A stretch of DNA of 64,000 nucleotides from positions 2,472-66,471 of the IMG/VR virus record IMGVR_UViG_3300031110_000007; one strand, written 5' to 3'. A program made the position numbers and the translations under genes. The notes under the pieces were generated by a model, which searched no databases, had not been told where the DNA came from, and saw only the letters and a list, made by a program, of their open reading frames with translations. This document shows, in pieces, positions 46,712 through 55,722 of the stretch. How positions within the stretch are numbered: position 1 is the first letter of the stretch; each line of letters opens with the position of its first letter. This DNA comes from a virus (taxonomy: Duplodnaviria; Caudoviricetes).

Positions 46712-47185
46712 TTATTTTCTACCATATCCTTTATCTTTTAAAATTGTAATTACTTCTCTACACTCAGTTTGCGTTGTTGGTTTGAACAACATAGGTGGGG
46801 TATCACGACTGTTCATACTATTCATGAAAAATTTCCACCTAAGCGGGAATGACTCATTAGCCTTACCTTTAACCTCAATAATGAACTCCTCTTTTGGGTG
46901 AACAAAATCAGGTGTGTATTCCATCTTTCGAATGGTTGGTTTATCGACTAACGTCATATCTTTGGTACTTTTCCTTTCAAAGTTACCTGACGGATATTTA
47001 AACCCTGATACTAATAAGTACGTTTTGTTAAGTTCAAATGGTATTTCATTATCCCTTAACAATGTGTACATATAAGATTCTAACTTTGAATCAAAAGTAA
47101 TCCCGTCAACATCTGTTTTAGTGTAGTTAATTAGCTTAACTCCTTTCTTACGGTATTTAGTAACACCTATCTTTCTTACACCCAT
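46712..47185 (-). CDS. PD-(D/E)XK endonuclease (DUF1064/endonuclease I-like)
   Basis: DGITFDSKLE...YTPDF...IEVKG. Confidence 0.8.
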   Translation of the reverse strand: MGVRKIGVTKYRKKGVKLINYTKTDVDGITFDSKLESYMYTLLRDNEIPFELNKTYLLVSGFKYPSGNFERKSTKDMTLVDKPTIRKMEYTPDFVHPKEEFIIEVKGKANESFPLRWKFFMNSMNSRDTPPMLFKPTTQTECREVITILKDKGYGRK

Positions 47186-47186
47186 A

Positions 47187-48083
47187 TTAAACTAATTTAG
47201 ATTTAAAGAATGTAGCGGCTTTTGTACTAATAACTTTTTGAACATCTTTAATTGTTAATTGAGAGTTTTCAAGTACATCTGATTCCTCAGAAATTATATC
47301 CTGAACAACCCACTTTATATAAGCGCCTGTGTTCTCTAACTTCACCTCAACATTTTCTAAACCTTGGTTTAGTCTTTGCTCAGTGACAGAATAATTAATA
47401 AACTCATCAACTGACTTTAACTTATCAGGGTCTACAGAGTTTAAAACCTTAACCTGACTTACTGAATGCTTCTCTCCTTTAGATTTAAATACGATCTCCG
47501 GATGCTCAATACATCTTAATACTAAACCTTCACCAATGCCACTAATTCCAAAGTAAGTTCCAATAGGGCACTCATCCTCTACAATAGTTGTTAATTCTAT
47601 TAAATGGTTTTGAACTTCTATTGGGTTTGAGAAATCAATCATAATCTCACTAGTAGGAAAATCATAAATGTTATAAATACCTTGTTCATGATCTTTAATA
47701 CTTTTAAAAGGTACTGAAACTCCATCTACCAAAACCTGAAAGATAATAAAAATCTTTTCTTTTAGTTGTGTTAAAGCAACTCCTTTCTGAATGTTACCAC
47801 CACACCATTCTCCATATACAACAATGTTTTCATCGAACAAATATTTGGTCATAAATGTTAAATCCTTATTAACCATAGCTTGCATGAACCCTGCGTTATC
47901 CTGCTCTAATGTCAAAACTCTCTCTCTTGACTGATATTCAACACCGCTAGGGTAAAAAACAATCCCTGCGTTTGTTCCATGAGCTTTAATAGAGCATTCA
48001 AAATTCAATTTAACTCCTCCGTAATTCTTTAATACGTCTTGTATGGCATTTCTAAACTGCCCTGTTTTTGGGTATTTTATCAT
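47187..48083 (-). CDS. RNA ligase (Rnl2-like)
   Basis: IKAHGTN, YGEW.G..IQKG, GEGLVLR, FKSKG; start reassigned to ATG 48083. Confidence 0.8.
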   Translation of the reverse strand: MIKYPKTGQFRNAIQDVLKNYGGVKLNFECSIKAHGTNAGIVFYPSGVEYQSRERVLTLEQDNAGFMQAMVNKDLTFMTKYLFDENIVVYGEWCGGNIQKGVALTQLKEKIFIIFQVLVDGVSVPFKSIKDHEQGIYNIYDFPTSEIMIDFSNPIEVQNHLIELTTIVEDECPIGTYFGISGIGEGLVLRCIEHPEIVFKSKGEKHSVSQVKVLNSVDPDKLKSVDEFINYSVTEQRLNQGLENVEVKLENTGAYIKWVVQDIISEESDVLENSQLTIKDVQKVISTKAATFFKSKLV

Positions 48084-48093
48084 ATATTTTTGT

Positions 48094-50145
48094 TTAATGC
48101 GTTTCTGCAAATGTCCTCCCGTTTTGAACTTCACAATCCAATCTGACATTTAATTTTAAATACTTATTTACATCTTCTATAGCAAGTTTAATTTGTTTTT
48201 GTATGTCTATGATAGTGTTTTCATTATCATCAACCCTCAACATTAAGTCATCATGTGTCTGTGTAATAGGATACCCAACCCTTTTAACAACAAAATAAAC
48301 CCACATGTTAAAACAAAACACTGCTGTACTTTGGTTTATGACAGAGAATTTATCCTTCTCATTTCTAAGGAAGTACCAAAACCTACTAACAGGGTTGAAA
48401 ATCCAGTTTTCACCGTCAATCTTTTTAACCTTGAAAGTTTCTGATACTTCTTTTACAGCCCAATGAACCTTCCAATAAGCATCTATCAACTCCTGAGCTT
48501 TGTTAACTGTAATACCAAGATTACGACCAAGTGTTGTAGCCCCAACTTTATACAATGATGCATAGTTAGTTGTTTTCCCTTGACTCCTTTGACCTTTTAA
48601 CTCTTGTAATTTAACCTTCTGTTTATCCTCCGGTAGATCAAACAAAGCCTGTACCTCCTCATTATACTGGTAAAAACTAAAGTTCTTATAATCCATATTA
48701 GATATGTCTTTACCTGCTTTCCCCATATCATCTAAAGCAGCATTGTATACATAAAACAATTCCTCAGCCTCAGTCATAAGACCTGCTGTTACAGAAATCT
48801 CTGTATGAGGGTCATAGAAATCTTGTTTAGTTTTCTTAATCCTTTCAGGGTTTAATTTGAAAGTATAATGATCTGAGGTTCTTGATTCAACACCGGATAA
48901 ATCAGCTTGTATCAACCTTGTTCCTTCACTCGCTATTAAACATTCCCTTAACCAATATCCATCCCTTAAATCCTTCTTACCTGTATATTTAGGAATGTTA
49001 ACAATAACAGCATGCTGCCACCTCATTGTTACAGCTAATTGTGTAAGCCCTTGCGAGATCATATCATTCTCATCACGTTTGTTCAAAAACCCTTTCAGAA
49101 TCCCAAGTCTATGCGTGATTACCGTCAACCCATCCAAAGCCTCAATAGCAGGTTCAACCTCTACCAACTTCCTGACAGAATGACAAAGCATTTTTGTATC
49201 AGGGTTTGTTACCTGTGGTATTGCTCTTTGTTTAGTCTCCATACGTCTTTTAGATGGGTTATAAACTTCCTCACGAACATATTTGAAAGTTTCCGGCTCC
49301 CAACCTAAATCAAATAACCATTTTTTCTTTTGATCTACAGAGTTTGGGTTTCCTTCTGATATTGATAAAATATCTTCGAACTCTAAGGTATCATGTGGTA
49401 AGCCTAGTTCATCACACTTATCAATCCACTTTGCTCCGGCCACTGATAAAGACCCATCTTTTTTATACATTGTTTTAGGTCTTAACCTAATACCTGTTTT
49501 AATATGCTTTGGCATTGCAGCTTTAAGGATTTTAATTTTCTCCTCTTTCATTTCATCAAAGTAGTTATAGTGTTTTGTTGTTAACTCAACATCTACCTTA
49601 ACTTTGGCTTCTTCCTGATTAAAGGAACAATCCATAATGAAATTTAACAAATTAATTAACCTTATAATCTCATCATCAGAGTCATAAATTTTACGCATTT
49701 TCTCTAACAAATCTACCCAAAGCTTTGTATTAATAACAACGTCCTGCTCACATCTGTGCCTATACTCCTCATAACTCAACCCTACCCAATCCTCAATCTT
49801 AGGTTTTGGTGTTCCATAATCCTCTCCGTATTCTGCTAGACCAAATTTCTTTAACCTTTTAGGATGCATCCACCATGATAGAGCTAATGAATCTATGATA
49901 GTGGCTTTAACCTTTATACCTAAAACTCTCTCAATTGCTGCTCCGTCATATCGTCTACCGTTATGCATAACAATAACATTATTCTCGTCAGCAAAGGTTT
50001 TCCTGATCTTTTCATAATCCGGGGTAGAACTCATGAACCACCCCGAATCTTTTTTATATGCTACTGATAACACATGAATTTTAGTTATAGTATCTAACAA
50101 TCCATCTGCTTCAATATCTCCAACTAAAACATTATCTAAGTTCAT
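48094..50145 (-). CDS. DNA polymerase family A with 3'-5' exonuclease
   Basis: DIEAD exo I; ADLSGVESR motif A; GKTTNYASLY motif B; HDD motif C. Confidence 0.92.
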   Translation of the reverse strand: MNLDNVLVGDIEADGLLDTITKIHVLSVAYKKDSGWFMSSTPDYEKIRKTFADENNVIVMHNGRRYDGAAIERVLGIKVKATIIDSLALSWWMHPKRLKKFGLAEYGEDYGTPKPKIEDWVGLSYEEYRHRCEQDVVINTKLWVDLLEKMRKIYDSDDEIIRLINLLNFIMDCSFNQEEAKVKVDVELTTKHYNYFDEMKEEKIKILKAAMPKHIKTGIRLRPKTMYKKDGSLSVAGAKWIDKCDELGLPHDTLEFEDILSISEGNPNSVDQKKKWLFDLGWEPETFKYVREEVYNPSKRRMETKQRAIPQVTNPDTKMLCHSVRKLVEVEPAIEALDGLTVITHRLGILKGFLNKRDENDMISQGLTQLAVTMRWQHAVIVNIPKYTGKKDLRDGYWLRECLIASEGTRLIQADLSGVESRTSDHYTFKLNPERIKKTKQDFYDPHTEISVTAGLMTEAEELFYVYNAALDDMGKAGKDISNMDYKNFSFYQYNEEVQALFDLPEDKQKVKLQELKGQRSQGKTTNYASLYKVGATTLGRNLGITVNKAQELIDAYWKVHWAVKEVSETFKVKKIDGENWIFNPVSRFWYFLRNEKDKFSVINQSTAVFCFNMWVYFVVKRVGYPITQTHDDLMLRVDDNENTIIDIQKQIKLAIEDVNKYLKLNVRLDCEVQNGRTFAETH

Positions 50146-50315
50146 TCTGTGTAAGTTATTATAACATGATGTTGACCATTTATAGAGTCTGTTTGGTATG
50201 TAACATCACAAAGTACAACCCCAGTCCTTTCTAAGAAATCATTAATTTGTTTTGATAAATCCTCTGCACCAGTATCCCAAAAACCTTTTGTATACTTTTT
50301 AATTTGAACATCCAT
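50142..50315 (-). CDS. Small hypothetical protein (57 aa)
   Basis: MDVQIKKYTKGFWDTGAEDLSKQINDFLE...IITYTE*; ATGA overlap with the polymerase. Confidence 0.65.
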   Translation of the reverse strand: MDVQIKKYTKGFWDTGAEDLSKQINDFLERTGVVLCDVTYQTDSINGQHHVIITYTE

Positions 50316-50953
50316 CACTTTGAATAATTAAGATTAACAGATTTTGTTACATAAGCTCCGGTGTCTTGGTATGATATTGTATACCCATCACCTGTAGCAT
50401 ACCCTCTTAAATATTTAATTGAATCATTACAATCCTCCTCAGTAACAGTTACAGGATTTGTCAAATCATACTCTTTATCTAAAGTACCATCAGTCTTAAA
50501 TTTATTCATAAGAGTTGGTGAATGACTACCCGCACCTCTTTTCAACAATCCTTCATTATTCCCCCTAATCAATTCTTGAACTCTATTAGTTAAAACCTCT
50601 ACGTCTTTTGCGTGCCTTCTCTCTACAGTATCATATATTCTCTTAGTTTCATAATCAAGCCACCTTTGCTTTTCATCTATAGCATTTTTAACAGCCTCTT
50701 TATACGCTTTTGCTAAATCCTCTCTACTCTCTTTGTACTTCTTATTAGCTAAACTTAATCCGCTACCAATAAAATACTCTGCAAAGAACATTAAACAAAT
50801 AAATATTGTTAAGCCAAAGTTTAACAAATACTCTCCGTTAAGTTTACCTGCCATCTTTACTAAAGTTAATTGAACAATTGCTCCGGCTGATGTAATTAGT
50901 GGGATTAAAACCCAAAATAAAAACCTTAATACTTTATCTACTATTTTACCCAT
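50315..50953 (-). CDS. Putative membrane protein with coiled-coil cytoplasmic domain
   Basis: Two hydrophobic N-terminal segments. Confidence 0.65.
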   Translation of the reverse strand: MGKIVDKVLRFLFWVLIPLITSAGAIVQLTLVKMAGKLNGEYLLNFGLTIFICLMFFAEYFIGSGLSLANKKYKESREDLAKAYKEAVKNAIDEKQRWLDYETKRIYDTVERRHAKDVEVLTNRVQELIRGNNEGLLKRGAGSHSPTLMNKFKTDGTLDKEYDLTNPVTVTEEDCNDSIKYLRGYATGDGYTISYQDTGAYVTKSVNLNYSK

Positions 50954-50963
50954 AATTATAATT

Positions 50964-51368
50964 TTAATTGTTATTTAAATAAGTTTCAACAATGATCTCT
51001 GTAATATCATCATCTATTTTTAATGCGAACTCTCTAAGGACATTCCACAAATCCTGACTGTTATATGTCTTGTTACAAAAACCTTCCATATGTTTTTTGA
51101 CATTAATCAATTCTTTTTCGTCAGGTATAAACCCGAACTCTTTAGATACCTCATGAGCTATTCTAAGCTTGTTACGGGTAAAAACTTTCTCTTTAGGTGT
51201 TAATACCTTAATGTCATCTTCATAAAGGTTTTTTGGTACTTTAACGTAAGTCACAATAAATTTCTTTTTAGAACCTGAAACTGACTTAGCAACTAATCTA
51301 CCATTGACTCTACCTGCAAAATCTTGTGCTGCTTTACCTGAGTGAAACTCTTTACTTAATCTCTCCAT
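50964..51368 (-). CDS. Hypothetical protein
   Basis: 134-aa ORF in operon. Confidence 0.7.
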   Translation of the reverse strand: MERLSKEFHSGKAAQDFAGRVNGRLVAKSVSGSKKKFIVTYVKVPKNLYEDDIKVLTPKEKVFTRNKLRIAHEVSKEFGFIPDEKELINVKKHMEGFCNKTYNSQDLWNVLREFALKIDDDITEIIVETYLNNN

Positions 51369-51619
51369 ATATTGTTTTTTGCTCCGTTATCTAAACATGA
51401 CTGTAACCAACCTTTATCCCAACTATCTGAGGATAAAGTATTATCCCAACATAAGTCGTATAAATATTGTGGGTCTTGACCTTGCTTTATACTATATTCT
51501 GCTGATAAATAACCATTTTCATACTCATCTGTGTCATTAAAGGTTGTAGTATTAGTTAAATAGTAGTATACTATTAATGATACAATTATAGATACTGAAA
51601 TTACTATTATATTATTCAT
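51356..51619 (-). CDS. Membrane-anchored hypothetical protein
   Basis: N-terminal hydrophobic helix. Confidence 0.65.
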   Translation of the reverse strand: MNNIIVISVSIIVSLIVYYYLTNTTTFNDTDEYENGYLSAEYSIKQGQDPQYLYDLCWDNTLSSDSWDKGWLQSCLDNGAKNNIWRD

Positions 51620-51630
51620 AACCTATATTT

Positions 51631-52053
51631 TTATTTATCTAACCTAATACCTACACACACTGGGAATCTTGGTAAACCTTCATCCGTATATTCAAAGAAT
51701 CTAATCTCAGCCGTCAACCCTACATAGCTCTCTTTCTCTTTCAAAAACTTTTCTCTCTCAGCAAAAGAAAACTTCATCCCACACCCGAAATCTTTACCAT
51801 CCGGCATTGAACAAATAAACATCCCATGCTCAGGCCTTTTCTCTGTTGGTTGTACATCTTTGATTGTGCAAGAAATATCTAAGAAGTCTTTGTATTTTAA
51901 AAGGCTTGATGATCTTTTGTTTGATTCATAACCTGCTGATCCGTGGCGTACAATTGTCCCTTCGTAACCCTCTGCAATAAACTTAGAGTGGTATTTATCA
52001 AGTTCCTGTTTATTACTTATTTCATAAGTTGGCACTAATTTTATATTGTTCAT
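51631..52053 (-). CDS. ATP-dependent DNA ligase, C-terminal piece (motifs IV-VI, OB fold)
   Basis: GYEGTIVR, YESNKRSSSLLKYK, AEIRFFEYT..GLPRFP. Confidence 0.88.
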   Translation of the reverse strand: MNNIKLVPTYEISNKQELDKYHSKFIAEGYEGTIVRHGSAGYESNKRSSSLLKYKDFLDISCTIKDVQPTEKRPEHGMFICSMPDGKDFGCGMKFSFAEREKFLKEKESYVGLTAEIRFFEYTDEGLPRFPVCVGIRLDK

Positions 52054-52054
52054 A

Positions 52055-52306
52055 CTACAAATGTTTTAATTCTGATTCTTTTCTTTTAGTTATCGCATCC
52101 TCTAAGTTTTCAAACTTACCTATGTATAGTCTCATTTTATCCTTAAATATATACACTTCCCACTTGTTACCTCTTTTATAAACACCCTTATAACCTGATG
52201 TATTGTTTTTAGGTGTACGTTTATTTAAGTTTTGTTCTGAGTGTGTAGCCCATGCCTTATACTCAGGTGTACCAAACATTCCGTGTATTACCTTGAATTT
52301 ACCCAT
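52055..52306 (-). mobile_element. Degenerate HNH-AP2 homing endonuclease remnant (HNH core missing) inserted in the ligase gene
   Basis: HGMFGTPEYKAW joined directly to ATHSEQNLNKR, then AP2-like NTSGYKGVYKRGNKWEVYI...YIGKFENLEDAITKRK. Confidence 0.8.
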
Positions 52307-52961
52307 TAAAAATACTTTTTAGTTTTTCTTGTCTTTCTTTATATGGAATGTCTAAAACTATATCATATATATTAAAATTAATTTTGTGTGTATTGGCAGA
52401 ATCCTTTTTAACTGCCTGTACTTGATTTTGAAAAGACCCAATATCTATATTATACGCCTCCCCATCGTAAATACCATCAGGTATATTAGTACTCTCTAAC
52501 TGTAAAATAATATGATTTAACGTTACTATCTCTCTATTTTTACGTGATATAAGTGTTACCTTACCTTTATTTTTTATAGCAAGCATCCTAATACCATCAT
52601 ATTTCCTTTGAATAAAGCAAGGGTACTTAATATTTTTCTCTTGATCTTTGAAGTCTTTAGCTAACATCGGTAGGATTAAGGTGTCAACCTCTGCCTCCTC
52701 TTTAGTCTTATAATAACCTTCTTTAAGTTTTGCTACAATCTTTGCCTCAGCCTCTGATATAGCTTGTTGTTCAGGTGTTGTTTCATTAGCCTTACCAATG
52801 TTCTTACCTTCACAATTTGAAATGTTTGTTGTTGCCTTCCCATCTAACAAACCACTCTCTTGAATAACTTTACTCCCTTCTGTGGATATAGTTAAAAACC
52901 TTAGTTTCCCTTTGGAATCCTTTTTGTAAATTGTTACCATAGTATAAAATTGTTTAATCAT
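52299..52961 (-). CDS. ATP-dependent DNA ligase, N-terminal piece (WGR-like domain plus motifs I-IIIa)
   Basis: PMLAK, QRKYDGIR, DGEAY, FNIYDI. Confidence 0.88.
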   Translation of the reverse strand: MIKQFYTMVTIYKKDSKGKLRFLTISTEGSKVIQESGLLDGKATTNISNCEGKNIGKANETTPEQQAISEAEAKIVAKLKEGYYKTKEEAEVDTLILPMLAKDFKDQEKNIKYPCFIQRKYDGIRMLAIKNKGKVTLISRKNREIVTLNHIILQLESTNIPDGIYDGEAYNIDIGSFQNQVQAVKKDSANTHKINFNIYDIVLDIPYKERQEKLKSIFNG

Positions 52962-53208
52962 TATTACTTGACTGTATTATTACACTCCCTTCGAACTTAA
53001 CCCAAATATCACTCCTCCAAATATCACTATATTGACCTAATTGTGCGTGTACATCACCTCCAACAACCGTGCCTCCTATATGTGTGAACCCATCTAAAAC
53101 AGTAGTCTTACCTTCGGTCATTATAATAGTTTTACCATCCTTCATTTTAAGTAATTGTGGTTTGTTAAAATCTATGCCTGTTTTATTATCTTTTACTATT
53201 GAAATCAT
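52954..53208 (-). CDS. Hypothetical protein
   Basis: 84-aa ORF in operon. Confidence 0.65.
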   Translation of the reverse strand: MISIVKDNKTGIDFNKPQLLKMKDGKTIIMTEGKTTVLDGFTHIGGTVVGGDVHAQLGQYSDIWRSDIWVKFEGSVIIQSSNND

Positions 53209-53209
53209 A

Positions 53210-53413
53210 CTATTTAATTTTTCTTTGTTGTCTGTTTACCACAGATTCAATTAATTTAGCAGCCCTTTTACAAGCCTTATCATACTCACGTAATCCTCTT
53301 TCATTAACCTCACCCACATCCTCCGGAAATAAACCAACCTCTGTGTGTTGTCTTATAAACTCAGCAGCGTTGAATAACGCTAGTATTGTTCTTTCTCTTG
53401 TTTGTTTTGTCAT
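53210..53413 (-). CDS. Hypothetical protein
   Basis: 67-aa ORF after the -7 box at 53443-53450. Confidence 0.65.
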   Translation of the reverse strand: MTKQTRERTILALFNAAEFIRQHTEVGLFPEDVGEVNERGLREYDKACKRAAKLIESVVNRQQRKIK

Positions 53414-53496
53414 GTTATTTCATTTGTTAAATTTTGATATTGCAAATATAAATAGAAAAACCTTACAAAACAGCATTTTTATAAAGAATTTTTGAA

Positions 53497-53524
53497 AAAT
53501 TTTAAGGGGCTTTTTAAACCCCTC
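53497..53524 (-). terminator. Probable terminator after nrdA
   Basis: aggggc-tttttaa-acccct hairpin with A/T-run. Confidence 0.5.
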
Positions 53525-53536
53525 AAAACCATACTG

Positions 53537-55198
53537 TTATGATTCGCAAGAACTGCAATCAGGTTTCATAGCTTGAGCTGCTGCCTCTTTTGATACACTT
53601 GTACCCCTTTGATAGTACAAAGTCTTAACCCCTTTCCTCCATGCATCAATGTATAAAGTATTAATATCTTTAATTGAAGCTGTTGTAGGTATGAATAAAT
53701 TAACTGACTGAGATTGATCAATGTATTGTTGTCTATTAGCAGCTTGGGAAATAATATCCATTTGGTTTATCTCCTTAGCTGTTTTAAATACATCTTTCTC
53801 CTCATCTGTTAGGCCATTAATTGATTGAACAGACCCGTGGTCAAACATTATTTGCCTCCAAACTTCCTCAGTGTTTAGCCCTTTTTCATTTAACAAATCC
53901 TCTAAGTACTTATTCTTACGCATAAAGTTTCCTTTAGATAAGCCTGCCTTGAAGTAGTTAGATGAATAAGGCTCTATTCCGGCTGATACCTGCCCTAAAA
54001 TAGACGATGAAGAAGTTGTAGGGGCAATAGCTAACCTTGTTGTATTCCTAACCCCATAACCCTTTAAAAGATCAGGTTCACCAAACAGTCCTGCTAACTC
54101 TTTAGATGCCTCTAATGATTGTTCATCCAACTGTTTAAAAATCTTAGAGTTTAATTGTTGAGCCCTAAAATCACCGAAAGGAATCATCTTTGATTGTAGT
54201 AATGAGTGCCAACCTAAGACACCAAGCCCTAAAGCCCTATGTCTTTTAGCAAAGGTATTAGCTGATTTCATATGATGATTACCTTCTGTCTTTTCAATAA
54301 ACTCGGACATAATCGCATCTAAGATATAAACAGCTGTTTTAACCGCGTCTGTATCTTTCCATTCATCGTATAAAGCAAGGTTCATTGATAATAAACAACA
54401 TACAAAGGATTCATCAAACGTTGATGGTAACAAAACCTCACTACAAAGGTTTGAAGCGTTAATCATCATACCATTTTCCTTATACACATCCGGCTTACCC
54501 TTGTTAATTGTATCTGTAAAGAAAATATACGGCATACCTTTTTGTTGCCTTGACTCTAAAACCTTAGCCCAAATCCTACGCTTATCACTATCACCATCAA
54601 TCATTTCCTGCATCCAGTAGTCAGGAACACAAACACCTGTAAATACGTTTTGAATAGGTGAACCAATAGATTTTATTGTTAAAAACTCCTCAATGTCTTT
54701 ATGATCTATATCTAAGTAAGCTGCGAATGCCCCTCTCCTCGTACTTCCCTGTGAAACAACATCCATTGCTGTATCAAACAGTTTCATAAACGATACAGAA
54801 CCTGAACTTTCCCCATTATCTGTAACTGCTGCGCCTCGATGCCTTAACTCACCAAAATAACCGGATGTACCACCACCAAGTTTGGTTTGCATAATAACCT
54901 CCCCAAGCTTGTTTGTTATACCCTCTATACTGTCCGGTACGTGTACGTTAAAACAACTAATGGGTAAACCTCTCTTAGTTCCTGCATTAGACCAAATAGG
55001 GGACGATAAACTAATCCAACCTTTAGCAACTATATCTTCAACTATCTTAGCAAACCCTTTTATTTTAAGCCTTTGTTCAACTGATTTAGCAACCCTTTTA
55101 ACCGCATCCTCTGCATTCTCCCCACGTAGTAAATAGCCCCCTTTAAGCATTTGTAAAGATTCCTCATTTAACCACCAATAATTTGTTCCTTTCGTCAT
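53537..55198 (-). CDS. nrdA: Ribonucleotide reductase class I alpha subunit (short, no obvious ATP cone)
   Basis: ISCF, QGSTRRGA, SNLCSE, IAPT.SSS, DQSQSVN, KTLYYQR, C-terminal CSSCES. Confidence 0.93.
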   Translation of the reverse strand: MTKGTNYWWLNEESLQMLKGGYLLRGENAEDAVKRVAKSVEQRLKIKGFAKIVEDIVAKGWISLSSPIWSNAGTKRGLPISCFNVHVPDSIEGITNKLGEVIMQTKLGGGTSGYFGELRHRGAAVTDNGESSGSVSFMKLFDTAMDVVSQGSTRRGAFAAYLDIDHKDIEEFLTIKSIGSPIQNVFTGVCVPDYWMQEMIDGDSDKRRIWAKVLESRQQKGMPYIFFTDTINKGKPDVYKENGMMINASNLCSEVLLPSTFDESFVCCLLSMNLALYDEWKDTDAVKTAVYILDAIMSEFIEKTEGNHHMKSANTFAKRHRALGLGVLGWHSLLQSKMIPFGDFRAQQLNSKIFKQLDEQSLEASKELAGLFGEPDLLKGYGVRNTTRLAIAPTTSSSSILGQVSAGIEPYSSNYFKAGLSKGNFMRKNKYLEDLLNEKGLNTEEVWRQIMFDHGSVQSINGLTDEEKDVFKTAKEINQMDIISQAANRQQYIDQSQSVNLFIPTTASIKDINTLYIDAWRKGVKTLYYQRGTSVSKEAAAQAMKPDCSSCES

Positions 55199-55211
55199 AT
55201 ATAAAATTTGT

Positions 55212-55427
55212 TTAATAGTCTATGTGTATTAAAAATGTTGTGTCGATTAGCTCAGGGTATGTTTTAGCAATCCATTCATCTAATTCATCCCTATCATACT
55301 CAGGGTCTGAGGATAATGAGGATTTTACATAGCAATCGCACCCTTGTTCCTCCAACCAACCTTTGTCTAAATCCTCCGGTATTTCACAATATGAAACAAC
55401 CTTCATCGTAATTTCTATTAAGCTCAT
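55212..55427 (-). CDS. Small acidic protein, paralog of 55430-55705
   Basis: DPEYDRDELDEWIAKTYPELIDTTFLIHID. Confidence 0.7.
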   Translation of the reverse strand: MSLIEITMKVVSYCEIPEDLDKGWLEEQGCDCYVKSSLSSDPEYDRDELDEWIAKTYPELIDTTFLIHIDY

Positions 55428-55429
55428 AA

Positions 55430-55705
55430 CTAATCAGGTGCATTAAGTTGTCTGTACTCTGAAAGATTATCTAAATGAACTAAGAACATATTCTCATCCT
55501 TTAAGAACGGGTAATTGTCAACAACCCACTCATCTACGTAGTCATAGTCAGGGTCATTAACCTCACATACATGCGCACTTATAGCCTCTCCCTCTGTTAA
55601 TTTAGTATCCTCAATAACTTTTCTTTGAACATGTACAGGCATTACAGATACCGGTAATACAAACATTTTTACTTTTTCTAGTTTTTCTAATTTTTTAACT
55701 GCCAT
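55430..55705 (-). CDS. Small acidic protein, paralog of 55212-55427
   Basis: DPDYDYVDEWVVDNYPFLKDENMFLVHLD. Confidence 0.7.
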   Translation of the reverse strand: MAVKKLEKLEKVKMFVLPVSVMPVHVQRKVIEDTKLTEGEAISAHVCEVNDPDYDYVDEWVVDNYPFLKDENMFLVHLDNLSEYRQLNAPD

Positions 55706-55722
55706 AATATAATTGTTTAATA

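Noticed and set aside
52055-52306. Group I intron or T4 gene 60-type ribosomal bypass in the ligase
   Set aside because: The insert is wholly ORF-derived, much longer than the 50-nt gene 60 gap, and the downstream half has its own ATG; not formally excluded without RT-PCR
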